Shown here one piece after another: positions 1-27,374 of a stretch of 64,000 nt of DNA. Origin of the DNA: Gracilinanus agilis (lineage: Eukaryota); NCBI RefSeq assembly GCF_016433145.1, contig NC_058131.1, positions 278,001,703 to 278,065,702 of the forward strand. Reading direction: 5' to 3'. The notes beneath the pieces were generated by a model. That model saw nothing but the letters and a program-made list of their open reading frames with translations. It was not told the DNA's origin and did no database searches. Numbering within the stretch: the first letter of the stretch is position 1; the number at the start of each line of letters is the position of its first letter. The position numbers and the translations under genes were made by a program.

Positions 1-1300
1 CCCCCAGAACCCCCTACTGAACCTCCACACTTTGCTTCCACACTCAGAGCACCCCCAAAACCCACTGAGTCCCCACCCCCAAAACTCTCTATTGAATTTC
101 CACAATGAGCCCCCACTCTGAGATTTCCCTACTGTACCTCTGATACTGTGCTCCCCATACTGTGCCCCCACTCCCAAAGCTCTCTACTCTGTCTCTAGAG
201 CTCGCTACTGTACTTCTTCATTGTACTCCCTACCCCCAGAACTCCTTGCTGTGCCCACTTTGGTACTGTCTCCTCCACCCCCAGAATTTTCTGCTCTCTC
301 CTGATCAATGCTTTCACCCATATAGTATTCTGTTACCCTCCCCCCCACCAGTACTTTATCCTCCACTTCCAAAACCCTACTGCCCTTTCCCTATTAGTTC
401 TCTTTAATATCTGTGCCCCCCCCCAATGCTTAAATCCTCACTTTATACTATGCCTCTCCACCCCCAGACCTCTACAGCCTCTCTCCCTGGGAGCCCCTTC
501 TATACTGTTACCCCTCCAGGGCTCTCTACTGCTACCCTATTTTGGATTTACTTTCTACACTTGTTTCTTCTGTCCCATCAGAACTGTGCCACTCCTCTTT
601 CTCTTAAAACTCTCTATTGCCTTGAATGGTCCCTCCCCCCCCCCCACCCCACAGTGCCTTTACCACCAGTTCTCCCCCCTTAGAAGGCACCCCGCCTTCC
701 ATAGTACTCCCCTCCCAGAGATTTCTCCATTCTCTGTGATTTCTTCACCTTCCTATAATGTACCACCATGTTCCACAGGTCTTAATATTCTGGGTCTTGC
801 CCCACCCCCCACCCCCCTGCTCAGACTTTTTTATATAATACTATTCCAATTCTCAATGTTTTCTGTACTTTTATATATTATCTCCAGAGTTGTGAGTCAT
901 TTCTATAATGGCCCCTGCCCTCAGTCTTTCTATAATACTACCCCCCTTACCCTAGGAATCTGCAGGCATTTTATTTCCCCCAGCCCTTAATATAATGTAT
1001 CCTTTCTCTCAGTTCTTTTTACTATCCCCTTCTCTGCCCTGCCACCCTTTCCTCAGGATCTCTAACATTTTTTTCATAATATTTCCCCTAGGTTTCTCTG
1101 ATCCCTTTGGATAACATTCCTTTTTTATAATGTCTCTACTTCAAACTCCTTATTATAAAGATAGCCCTCCCATTCCCTTTCTGTAATGTTCTTTGTCCCA
1201 AGGCCTTTTTTTCTTAGCTCTCCCCCAAAACGTACCTTTCCTCAATAAATTGCACCTGGAGCTTGACTTCCCCCAATTTCTCTGGAGTTTTGCTCTTGTA
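1..1300. repeat. C/T-rich low-complexity degenerate repeat region (SURF4 intron 1)
   Basis: Strongly G-poor + strand with recurring ccccagaa..ctctact-like units and C runs. Confidence 0.6.
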
Positions 1301-4300
1301 TTTCAACCCTACTACTGATCAAAAGCTGGGGACCCCGACTTCAGAGCAGGTAGACTGAAGGGCATGGGTTTGGGGGGAGGGATAGTACATAGGGTGACTT
1401 AGCTTTTGATTTTACTCTCCTGAGCAGGTTGACCAAATATATGAGATAGGGATTTGGTTTGGGTTCTTTCTAATCCTTTTCTACCTATTCCTTATTGTAT
1501 ATCTGGGGGCTCCATCCTCCTCCACCCCCTTCCCAGAATGGGAAAAAAATCCTTTAGTGGGTTAGGGGTGATGCTGTTAGAGAAAGGGCCTTTCCTCTAA
1601 GGGTGGGAAAACTTTATCCCAGGGTGAGCAAGATGTTCTGTACCTTATTTGCTTAGGATCCAGGTTATGTCTCTAGAAGGCTCAGGAGATTTGATCCAGA
1701 ACATATTCAATCAGATTTTAGGTTATAGGGGATCAGATTTGTACGATTAAACCAAAGTCAAAGGGAAACTAAGCTTCAACCCTGCCTTGTATCTCTTTTC
1801 AAAATATCTAACAAGTATCCATTATCCATTCTTTGCTAGATGGGTCTCTCTCTGATTATATGTGTTGGACAGATGCAGCCCTTCATCCATTTAAATAAGC
1901 AGTTGTTGTATGTACCTGCTAAAGAGTGTGCTAGGCTAGTTTTCCTTCTTTCTTTTTTTTTCCCCCTTTCTAGAAGTGTACAGGTGGCACTCTTGGGAAA
2001 ATGCTGAAACAAACAGATAATTGAGCAATTGTTAAAAGTCCTTAAAGCAAGATCTTCGAGATCAAATCCTGAAGGAGAAGGCCAACAAAATTGCCTATGT
2101 CTCCCTTTTAGCAAAATTAGCACAATAATGGCTTTTGAATGTTTGATATATTTACGAATTGAAAAGTAGTTTAATCTCTGTATAAGCATATATTGGGGCA
2201 GCCTTCTTCCCATTACTTGTACTTTCCCAAAACCTCTTAACAGGTGAAGTTTTGTCAAAGTTAAAAGTAGTAATAGGTGGATTAATCAAAATTTTTTTCT
2301 CCTTAGGAATATTTGGCCAAGTTTAGACCATAAGTGCTACTTTTCCTTGGAAGATTTTTAATTGTGGGATTAATATTAGTATCTCTGCTTTCCAGATATA
2401 ATGGCAAGAAATTTTCCATTCATTTTTCATTACTGGATTTGTGTCCTTGTTATTAATGTTGTATAATGTGTCTTCATTATATACTATCATTTTGGGGAGA
2501 AGAGTATGTAAACTATCATAAAGAATTGGTCTATGCCTAAACTGTGTGTATTTTTGCCCCATTATCTGTCAGGGGAAAAATGCCTTTTTAGTGGCACCAT
2601 TTTGTTTCCCAAGTAGCAACTTGCTAAAAGAATTGTACCTTTTAGAGCTATGAGATCTATATAACATTAACTTCTAACCTGTAGAACAACTGTTTTGCAA
2701 GTGAAATTTCATAACAGAGTCTCTCTCCTAGCTATTCCCTGGGTGAAAATGTTTCTGCTGCTACTCAAAAAACCAGAAATTTTACTTAATTTACTATTTT
2801 ACGTAACGTTCTTTTAGTCTTATTTTCCATACTTTCTAAAGAAGCCTTTAACAAAATAAAAAATTAGAAATATAGCTCGTCCTTAAGTGATTCCTTTTTT
2901 TTCCTTTTCTTCCTTTTCCTTCAGGCAGAATTTAAGAAAAAATTGTCAACTACAAATTAGGTTGAGACAGTAGCCAAATGTGTATTTGGCCATTATAAAA
3001 TGTATATTGGACAGGATTAGAATAGTAGAGTCAAGTTCTTTCTCTTTTTTAAAGAATAAATAGGAGGAGTTTTTTTATTGCCTCTGGTAAAATGGAGAAC
3101 ATTAGATATGTAAGTGAAGCCAAAATGACATCTCTTTGTGGGTGGTTTTAGTTTTCTTAAAACCTTCCATCTATAGCACTTATAACAGAACTGACAGTTC
3201 CCTGCTGACTGCCCCACCCCCCACCCCATCTCACATAGCTGAGAATGATATATTAAATGAGATTTTTAAGATGGGCTGTATAAATAACTGCCTAAAAATC
3301 TCTGATCTGATTTGAGGTGAGCAGGGAAGTAATGCTGAATTAACATTTCAGATGATATAAGGGCAAATCTATTTCCTCTGACCTTGCCTTGAGGAAACAA
3401 AGCACTGGGAAGTAAAAAGGTTTGTTTGTTAGTGATGCAGCTGGGTGTCACACCTGAGAGTTTTAGCTGCAGCCTGCAGTATCTTCCCCAGATAAATTGT
3501 ACTTATTTCTGTCAAATAAGGGATAATTGAATCAACTTAGCCTTTGATGGTTGTGCAGACTATATAGATTAACAAGGAGACCAGGATTCTTTTACTCCTA
3601 TAATTTGTTGTAAAGTTCTTGGGGTTTACTGCTTCAGGGAGAAGTCATTGGAGAATGGATTTAGGGACTTAAAGCTTTAATGCAGAAAAAACTCCCAAGT
3701 ACTTGGCACCCAGGAGGCCCATAATACATTCTTTATGATTGATGGAATAATTCAAAATGTGTCCACTTATTAAAAACCTGTTGCTTACCTTTGAAAAATG
3801 TGATTTCTAAACATTTACATGCTTATAAATAACAATATTTTCTAAGTGTAGAATGAATGAATGGACTTCAGGCTAGTTTATTATTGAGGTAAAGAACTAG
3901 CTTTATGAGCCTTTCTCAATCAAATAGATTTTCCATTTGCCGTGAGAAAATCAGTCTAGGAAGAGCATGCTCTTAGCACAAATTTTGATTATATGTATAT
4001 CAGTATGAGATGTCTTAGATAACCTTGGCAAGTAGCATGGTACCATTCACATAGTGGGTAAATACATATTCTTCCATGTAAGTGGCAAGTTTAGGTTGTA
4101 TGTTACTCTGTGTATTTTCCATTTGGTGTTGATAATATACTTTTCTTTTTTTCTTTTCCTTTCTCCCAAGTCCTTTGTAAAAAACCTCCCATGGGACTTT
4201 TATTTACTACTTTTGTAAACTAATTGGATTGTGAATATTGTTGATTTATTTATTGATCTGGGAGTAGTAACATTTTAATTTTATTTTAGTTTTCCTTGAG

Positions 4301-4655
4301 CCATTATGACCTAAACAGAGTTTGGCTTCTGTAGAAAATGAAATATCTACAATAATGCTCTCTTCTGTCATTTCTGTAGTCAGTTGTTAGGGTGTTTCAC
4401 AAATTGTCATGGTTCATTTACTAAAGAAAAAAAAACTAGACTGTTGTCTCCAACTAATGTTACTAGATCACTTCTAATTGCATTCTGTTGATCTAGCATA
4501 AACCTGCTGAGTGGTGTTCAACTGGGAGACTTCCCAGGGAAACCTTGTAGTTGTGTTGGCAAGATTTGTATGAGTCACCTGCCTGGACCAATTCTGACTG
4601 GACTTTTTTTTTTTTGCCACAGGCTTTAATTTTCTAGGCTTTGTGAATTTTTGTT

Positions 4656-4722
4656 TGTGTGTATGTGTGTGTGTGTGTGTGTTCGTGCGCGTGTGTGTGT
4701 GCGCGCGCGCACTCGCATGCGC
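4656..4722. repeat. (TG)n/(CG)n alternating purine-pyrimidine tract
   Basis: gtgtgtgt...gcgcgtgtgtgtgtgcgcgcgcgc...gcatgcgc. Confidence 0.9.
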
Positions 4723-4725
4723 TTC

Positions 4726-4957
4726 TGGTGCAGTTGATAGAGCAATGGGCTTGGAATCAGGAAGATTCATATTCATGAGTTTTAATTTTATCTCAGATAC
4801 TTACTAGCTGTGTGACCTTGGGCAAATCACTTAACCCCTGTTTCCCTCAATTACTCATATGCAAAATGAGCAGAAGAAGGAACTGGCAAATCACTCCAGG
4901 CTCTTTGCCAAGACAATCCCAAATGGGGTCAAGAAGAGTCAGACATGACTGAATAAC
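4726..4957 (+). mobile_element. MAR1/MIR-type CORE-SINE
   Basis: tRNA-like head, CORE motif ctagctgtgtgaccttgggcaaatcacttaacc, and MAR1-like tail gaaggaactggcaaatcactccag...aagagtcagacatgactgaa. Confidence 0.75.
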
Positions 4958-5191
4958 ACCCACTTTGCAGAGAGATTCCCAAACTTTAATGACCAAAAGA
5001 TAACCAACATCACATTTTTGGATGAAGATCTGATTAATACTAAAATTTAGGCTTCCTTCAATTTCATCTTTCCTTGTTACTTACTTTAAGTATAAAAATC
5101 TACCTTATCATCAGTAGTGGTTGGAGACAGTTGTCATATAGTCTTGAAAAGGGCTAAACTTCAAGTTGTTTATAATCATGACCTTCTTTAC

Positions 5192-5392
5192 TTTTTTTTT
5201 AAACCTTTACCTTCCTTTTTGGAGTCAATACTGTGCGTTGGCTCCAAGGCAGAAGAGTGGTAAGGGCTAGGCAATGGGGGTCAAGTGACTTGCCCAGGGT
5301 CACACAGCTGGGAAGTGTCTGAGGCCAGACTTGAACCTAGGACCTCCCCTCTCTAGGCCTGATTCTCAATCCACTGAGCTACCCAACTGCCC
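5192..5392 (-). mobile_element. SINE1_Mdo-like marsupial SINE
   Basis: Reverse complement of gggcagttgggtagctcagtggattgag...gaaggtaaaggtttaaaaaa. An older related copy follows at about 5608-5791. Confidence 0.85.
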
Positions 5393-8300
5393 CACCCCCC
5401 TTTACTTTTGAGGAATTTCCCCTCCAGTTTGTTATACCATTATCTCCCCCCCCAAAAAAAAACCAAACCAAACAAACAAACAAAAAAACAACACACACAC
5501 AAAGAATACCCAAGGTGACTTATGTAAACAAATCCCATTTCCCTAGCCTTTAAGAATGTGTCCCTTTCTGGGTGTATGGTAATGAGGTTCTTAGAGACTT
5601 TTTTTGAAATCCTTACTTTTTGTTTTAGAATCAATACTTAGTATCAGTTTCAAGTCTGAAGAGCTGTAAGAGCTAGGCAAAATGACTTGCCAAGGGTCAC
5701 ACAGGTAGGAAATGTCTGAGGTAAGATTATTTGAACCCAGGACCTTCCATCTACAGCTCTGGCTCTCAATCCACTGAGCTACTAGCTGCCCTTCTTTGAA
5801 ACTTTTAATGAAAATCCTGCCCTGTGACAGCTAACTAATTGTGTTATCTTTCTTCTTCCTTTCAAGATCTCATCGGTTAGTTTCAGACCTAGTGTTGCCT
5901 TCTCAGTTTTCTAATGAGTGGTTCAGTCTGAGTTTGCAGTCTTGTGCTTGCAGTGTTTATGCTGCATGTTTATGCTGGTAGTTTGGATGTTGTAATATGC
6001 TAGATACAATTTGTGGAATATGCTCATGGTAAGTTTGAGTGTCAGTAACTGGCCTTGCTCAACTTTCTTTAGCTATTAGCTTACACTGCCATCATTGAAT
6101 GATTCGATGGCTGGATCTGGGACTCCCCTTTGGCCAGTAAATTACTCTAATTTAAGATACCCTGATTGAGAAACTATTCCCAAAGCAAAGAGTGAATACT
6201 CAGTGAATTGATAATCTTGACAATGAGAATATTTCATTGGGGGGTTTGACCTGCAAATCATCCACACCTTTTCATCGCATATGATTCTTGTTCACATCCT
6301 CCCTTAAGCACAGTGCCTGGTAGGTGCTTATTAAATGTTTATTGACTGACTGACATAAATATCTAACCAATGTACTGGAGGACTTTTAAATCCTTATAGC
6401 CTTTTGATATTCTGTGGATACTGAAGTTATCTGTCTTTTGACACATGACTGGCCAATCTCCTGGGTGATAACTTTTCCCCTCTTACTTTTTACATGCAAT
6501 TCACCATTAGCAATATACTGCAACCAACTTGGGCCTACCATTGTCTTTGGGTCACCTGGGATTTTGGTTCTTTGGAGACTGAAGAGTTCCATAATTTGTA
6601 GTCAAATAGCATCATCATCATGTTTGCCATTAATGATTAATTCTTTATCCCCAGCCACCTGTAAAACAAAAGATAAAGCATAGAATTTAAAAAAAAATGG
6701 TTCCATCTTTTATAAAATAAACTTCAAATGTCTGTTCAGAACAGGAAGAGAACTTAATGGTGTGAATTTATGTGTAGCCTAACTTAAACTGTCCCTAAAT
6801 CTTAGACTTTTATCAGAATGTTAGAATTAAAAGAGTACTTAGAGATTAACTAGCTCAGCTCTGATACTGGAAGGATCTGATAAGGAAAATGGGCAGAAGT
6901 GACTTCCTCAAAATTTCACAGCCAGTTAGTATCAGAGTTGGATTTAGAATCTACTTTCTTACCCAATGTTCTTTTACCACAGCCTCTTCCCCCCCCCCCC
7001 CCCCAGCTTGTTTACTCTAGGAACTCATAGTAGCCTAGTAGCCTTTATCAGTGTTTATCTCTAAGAGTATGATCACCTTTTTGTTTATTTGGGTTTGTGA
7101 GATTTTTTTATTTTTCATTTTTCTAAGAGAAGAAAGGTTAGATTTTTTTTAATACTCCATATCTTTGCATGAAGGAAAGGGCTATGTCCAGCTTCTACCT
7201 TAATGCCCTTGACCTAAACATCCAAGTTATTATTTTGAACAAGCATTTTTTCTCTTATTGATGCATTTTTTCACATTAGTCATTTCTCAGTATCTTTCTT
7301 TGTAACAAAGCAAAACGATTCAGCAAAACTGATAAGTAACCAGGCCTGACAATGTATACAGCAGTTTGTATTTGTAATCCCTCAGACTTCTACCAAGAAA
7401 AGTGTTGAATCATCTGTTCTCCACAGCCAAAATTGGTCATTAATTAATCTGAATGTGGTTGCCTTTTTAAATTTTTTTTTATTTCCATCATTGTTAAGAG
7501 ACTCATATTGAGGCAAAGCAGAGAGAAATCAAGGAAGCCAGCCTTCCTGCCTATAAGAGTATTGGGAATTATGTTGTTTGCTGTATTAGAAGAGATTCCC
7601 TTCAGCAAGCAAAGGGCTGTCTGGATTATAAACCTTTACCCGTTTACTGAATAGGCAAACAACTCTTAAGCCCAGGTAGATGTGTAAACATGTTAGTAGT
7701 AGACAAATATAGTATGTAATCAAGTCAAAACATCTTTTATAATTATGTTTTCAAGGATTGGATAAAAGCCTCTTAACTTGTGGGTCTGAACTGTATTTTA
7801 TGCCTTTGCCCTTTAGAAATGTCAGATTTTTATTATTATTCCTAAATTATTTGTGAGCCCTCCTGTTAAGATTTTCCCAGTATATCTTTCTTTTTAAGAG
7901 AAAATAAGTTTTATTTTGTTTTACAACTTTAAGGCAACTAGCTAGCTTCATGAACCATATGCTTGTTACTTCTTAATTCAGTATAAAGGTCATTAATACT
8001 AAAAAGGGAGCTTGTAACCCCCTCCCCACCCACATGCCCAACCTGTTAAGCTGTTTATATTCTCCCTGGATTGTAGCTGATCCAGGCTGTTGCTGAGCGT
8101 TTGAAAAGTGTTTAGGGCATTAGATGGAAACTATAAAATGTGTATAGTTTCAAATGTTCTCATACCTCTTGCTCAGTCTGGTCTTAGGTTTTGTGGGGTA
8201 TTTATAAAATGAATATATTACAAAGGCAGTTTAGAATCAATAGGTTATTAGCCTCTGGTTATATTCTATGATGTCTTTTTTCCTTCTCTTTTAAAAACGG

Positions 8301-10030
8301 CATAATGTGGTTATGGAGCATATATTACAAAAACTCCTATAAGAGCTTAACTTAGTGTCTCAAACTTTTAGGTGCAGGATGTAGTAATTGGGAGGGAAGT
8401 TGACTGGCAGTGCCTCTGTTCCCTACTACTTCTACTTTCTCATCTCTCTTACCCATTTTCCTTCTACAACAGTGAGAAAGTCTCCAATGGCTTCTTTTGT
8501 GGTAGAGGGGGAAGCTTATCTGTAGTATGGATTATGAAAGAAGTTACCACTTGACTGGTTGTTAAAGCTGAATTAGATACTCATTAAGAGAGGCTCCGTT
8601 GTATTTCTGTTTGAAGCTTCCGAGAAATTTATTTAGCTTGAAATTTAGGAAGTCACATAAAAAGAGCCCCTCTTCCCATAGTTCCTACTATTTAAGCAGT
8701 GGTTTTTCTCCTGGAAAAGAATACTCAAGTTGTTTACAGGTACCCATCCTTTAGACTTAAACCACCTGGCTCATCCATTATGTTGTTTTCTAACAAAACA
8801 CTCATGTAGGTGGTTATCCCGAAAAATCTCTTTCTTCTGAATGTTTCTTGTGTTAGATGTTTCCCTCTATACCCCCATCCTCTCTTTGATTTGGACCTTG
8901 AACATGACTAGTAAGAGAAGTGTGTTTGTTGTACATAATGATAGCTTTGCATGACATTTTATAGTGTGTATGTGCCTCATCCCAAATGCTCATGTAAGCA
9001 TGGAACCAAAAGCAGTTATAACCGTATTTGGCACCTGCAATTTATTTCACTAATTTTGCATTTTGTTCTTGCTGTTAGCATCCTCCTATCCTATTTGATT
9101 TAAAAAAAAAAAAAGCTTTCTCTGATGTATGATATAGTCAGAGCAGGGTATTATATAGGTGACTTTGTTTTATTATAACATTCCTAGTTATTAAACATCA
9201 TGTATGGAGCCCTCTCCAAAGTTTCAGGTAGATGACCCAAAATTACCTACACAGTTCCTTTTAGCTTCAGATCTTTTAGAAATATCTATCCTGATTAACA
9301 GATCACAGTCTGATGATTTTTGATGCCTGGTTTTTGTCATTGTTGCACTTGAGATTTGGAAGCGAGCAAATTATTCTATCAGAATTTCTGGTAGACTCAA
9401 CCAGTGATCCTGGCTATGGCCTCAGTTCATCCCCATTCAGCTTCTTGAGAGTAAGAAACTATATTGTGCAGAGGGCAGAATAATAACAGTGACATTGGAT
9501 GCATTTCTTTGTACAAGTGAAGCTGTGCCTCTTCTTGTGTTATAGACATACAGTTGTAGTTTTTTCAGCACCACCACGACTTGAGATGGGAGGCCCTGGC
9601 TTTAAAATACTTCCTAGCTATGTGACCTTGGGCAAGACACTTAATACCAATTGCCTTGCCCTTACTGATCTTCTGCCTTGGAACCAATACACAATAATCA
9701 ATTCTAAAACAGAAGGTAAGAGTTAAAAAAAAAAAAAGACATGGGAAAGTCTTTCATCACATGGATCTTGGAGGTCTTGCTTCAGCTCTGTATTTATTGT
9801 ACAGTCATTTATTTCCATTGATATATAGATAGTTAGACTTTTACAGAAAGGCTCACTAAAATAATAACTAACTGTTGGAATGCTTTGAAAATGACAGCTA
9901 TGAAGAAACTAACAAGGAAAGCAGCAGATGAAAGCTCATCCAGGAGTTGCATGACTTTGACTGACAGTTTGGGGTTCCTAGTTTCTCTGTTACTAGTCTT
10001 TTATTGTCCTGATTTTTATTGTCTCAATAG

Positions 10031-15961
<5,931 letters not shown>

Positions 15962-18531
15962 CAGCCCCCTCCCCATGTCCCTGCCCAGTGAAGATCAGTG
16001 GCTATCAAGGACAGTGGATTCAACAAAACTGCCAGCATTTGCATACCTGACTCCCTTCCCCTGGTAAAGGCACAGATGTTTTGAGAACTTTATTTACAGT
16101 GACACAGTCTGAAATAGATGGTTAAATCTGCTTTGGAGGCATGCTCAGTCCCAAATTTTAGTTTTTTGGTGTGTTTTTTTTTTTTTTTGAAGGCTGGCCA
16201 TCCTGAACGGTTAACATATCACTCTTTAGCCAAGGGCTCTTAAAATTCATCTGCATGGGCAGCTTGGCTGAACTTGGCCTTTGTTTTTTGTTGTTTTTTT
16301 TTGTAGGGGGGAGGCAAAATGAACCTTCAAGTTGTACTGTGAGCAGATACACAACTGTATCATTCAATGTGGTGGTCTCTGTTTTTTTTTGTTTTGTTTT
16401 GTTTACATTTTTAGCTAGAAGTACTAAATGATTTGAGATGCCCTGGCCCAAACATTACATTATCTTAAAACTTCCTCTAATGTCGTTCTTCACATTTTTG
16501 TAGGAAAAATGATTTAAAGTAAGTTTAAAGGAAAAAACCAAACCCAAAGAAATACAGTATTAACACTCTACTAGAACTCTCACAGTGGGGCCCATTAAGT
16601 AGTCATATAAAGAATAGCAAGAAGACACATCAGCACTTGGGACTGGTATAAGTTTCATACAGGCAGTGTTTCCCCCACATCACTTAAAGTTGCACTGACT
16701 TAGCTTTAATGGTTTAAGATAGGGAAGGAAAGCCTGCTGAAGACTTTGTTTTAGGTACTGACTGCAATAAGGCATCGTGGCCTTTTTGAGTGTAAGAGCA
16801 GGGTAGTTATCCCCATGGGTTCAGATAGTGACTTAAGCCTTGTTCAGACATTTAACACAGTAGGCTATGGTTGCTGTTGAAGCATGGCATCCCAGGTAGG
16901 ATGAGAATGGCTTCTTCTAAAGGCTTCATCTTCGCACTATTTGGGGGTGGGGGAAAAGTTAGGCTTTCAAACCAGTGCCTCCCATTCTTTTCTCACAGAG
17001 CAAGACCCTAGCTTACTGTGAAACCCTATTTAGGGTTCTGAATGGGTTATTGCAACACTCATCATCACTTTTCCTTTTGGTAAGGGATTGTCCCCAGGCT
17101 ATGGCCAGGAACTGGGTTTTATCCCAGGGTCTACCATTTCAGAAGGAGGCTGTTGCTTCGATTTTTGATTTTTTTTTTTTGCTACACTGTACACAGCCAA
17201 ATTGAATTTTTTTTAAAAAGTGTGATGCCTTACTGATTTGATCTTCATCCTGTATTTAAAGTTCTAACATTGCCTTATGCTATGTTTCTTTGGGGGTGGG
17301 GTGGGATGTATTGGTTGTTGCAATCCTATATTTAAGCGTCCCTGTGTTTTATATTGTAATGTAAAGCTACAGAGTGATAGTTAAAACCTCTCCTGCAGTG
17401 CCTCCCTACTCCTTAGAGCCTTCCTGTGCAGCCAAATCTGTGTTACTCTGGTGGTGGCAGTGAGCTAAGTGGCTCCTTTTTGATTGGGGGGGGGGGGGAG
17501 ATAGTTAATACTGGAAATTTAGTTCTTACTTGGCATTTTCCAGGATCACATCTGGAACTTTTTTCCAATAGTAGTTCCTTTCCTTCGGCAAGCCCTTCCC
17601 TGTGATACAGATGTGTAAGGCAGGACTATCAACATAACCATCTTTGGGCAAGGAGTCCTGGGCCTACTTTGTTGTTAATGCCCTTCCCTTCTGCTTATTA
17701 ATAAGACTGTCTGAGACTTGAAAATTGCAAAGGATGAAGAATGGAATCTTTTTCTGATTACCTGTACCTAAAGGGAAGGGGTGGAATTTCTGCTTGCTAT
17801 CATTTCTCTTAGTATTATACCAAGCTCACTGAGGTTTGCCTATCCTGACACAGAACTCTCCTGTTTAGCCTCTCATTGCACACCAGGCCCACAGTAGACC
17901 TGGGAGGACTTTGCCCCTACTAGGCCAATTAGCAAACTATTGACCTCCTATTTCCTCAAGTATTTGTAAGATTAAACTAAATAAGTTCAATATTCTCTTG
18001 ATTAATTATTGAGATACTCATATTAAAGAAAGGGTGGTTTGTAAAAGTGTTTTAGCCAAAAAAAGGCTATTTTTTGGTTGCAGGTCCCATTCATTCCCCC
18101 CCTTACTAATGCCATATAGCAAACCCATCAACTGCTACTTACAAGTTAACATTTTTCTTTGTAGGCAACATCTTTGCCAAGGCAACCTGTTCTCAGCCCT
18201 GCTCTTCTGCAGGCTGGCTTTTCTTTTACTGTTTGAGAAGTGGGAGTAACTTGAGCACCTGAAACAGTGCTGACATCAGTGATCTTTTCCATGATTGAAG
18301 TGTCCCCTTTGGCTTTGCTGCTTCTCTTTTCCACCCTGTGATTTTAGTGGTCCAGTGCCTGGGGCAGGGACAGAAACTTGTATTTACCAACAATTGGCTT
18401 TGGCAAAAGTGTTTAAATATATTTTTTTTTTTGCTTCATGTGGGAAAGAATAGGTATAAATCTCATTTTATGCTGTATTTTATATCTTAGTTGTATTTGA
18501 AAATGTTTTGATTTTTGGAAACAAATATCAA

Positions 18532-18537
18532 AATAAA
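18532..18537 (+). terminator. Probable SURF4 polyadenylation signal (3' UTR about 2.6 kb)
   Basis: AATAAA at the end of a long, nearly repeat-free UTR-like stretch, followed by a GU-rich tract (ttgttgtatctagtgtg). Confidence 0.65.
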
Positions 18538-18915
18538 ATAATGGCATTTGTTGTATCTAGTGTGACCACATAGTCAATGGAATGTCCAAACTAAGATGAG
18601 GAAATAAATGTGAGGCCAAAGAGACAACAGCTGTGATGATTACCACATGGGCTGCTTGAAGACAATGGCACATTGTAGTTAATTTTCATGTGGATCCATT
18701 CATCTGTATCTCAGCCTTAGTTACAAGGCCCCTGGGAATTATCACTTACTTGGAGATTGAGGTGTAGAGGTGTAATGAGACCAGTAACCATGTGAGAACA
18801 CTAACATAACCACCACTCTACAAGTAGCTGGAAATGGGCAGAAAGAGGGCATGGATCAAAAGCTCCCCTCCCTTTTTCCATTGGCCTTCAAGATGGTACT
18901 ACTTAGTTCATCAAC

Positions 18916-18921
18916 TTTATT
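18916..18921 (-). terminator. SURF2 polyadenylation signal
   Basis: TTTATT on + (AATAAA on -) 18 nt downstream of the SURF2 stop codon. Confidence 0.7.
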
Positions 18922-18939
18922 ATTTCAACTGTACAAAAG

Positions 18940-27222
<8,283 letters not shown>

Positions 27223-27374
27223 GGCTCCTGGGGGGCGGGGGTAGGAGGGGAGGGAGTCTCAACTCCAAGGCCTTCAGGACACACCACGTGGAAACCCGGA
27301 AGAGGGTGGGGCCAGCGCTCCGCGGCGTGTTGCTTCGTCCGGAAGTGTTCCCCTCCCCTGACCCCCCGCAACCC
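27223..27374. promoter_or_regulatory. SURF2/SURF1 bidirectional TATA-less CpG-rich promoter
   Basis: 152 bp between divergent ATGs; contains CACGTG E-box (27285-27290) and ETS/GABP-type CCGGAAG(T) at 27296-27302 and 27339-27346; CpG-rich flanks. Confidence 0.85.

Noticed and set aside
162-990. Pro/Leu-rich ORFs in the six-frame track
   Set aside because: By-products of C/T-rich low-complexity sequence; no splice or homology support.
1-10030. SURF4 coding exon 1 (MGQNDLMGTAEDFADQ-like)
   Set aside because: No matching sequence or CpG island found; it must lie upstream of the window.
18540-18915. Overlap of SURF2 and SURF4 3' ends as in mouse
   Set aside because: The best poly(A) signals leave a gap of roughly 340-380 bp; overlap is not supported from sequence alone.
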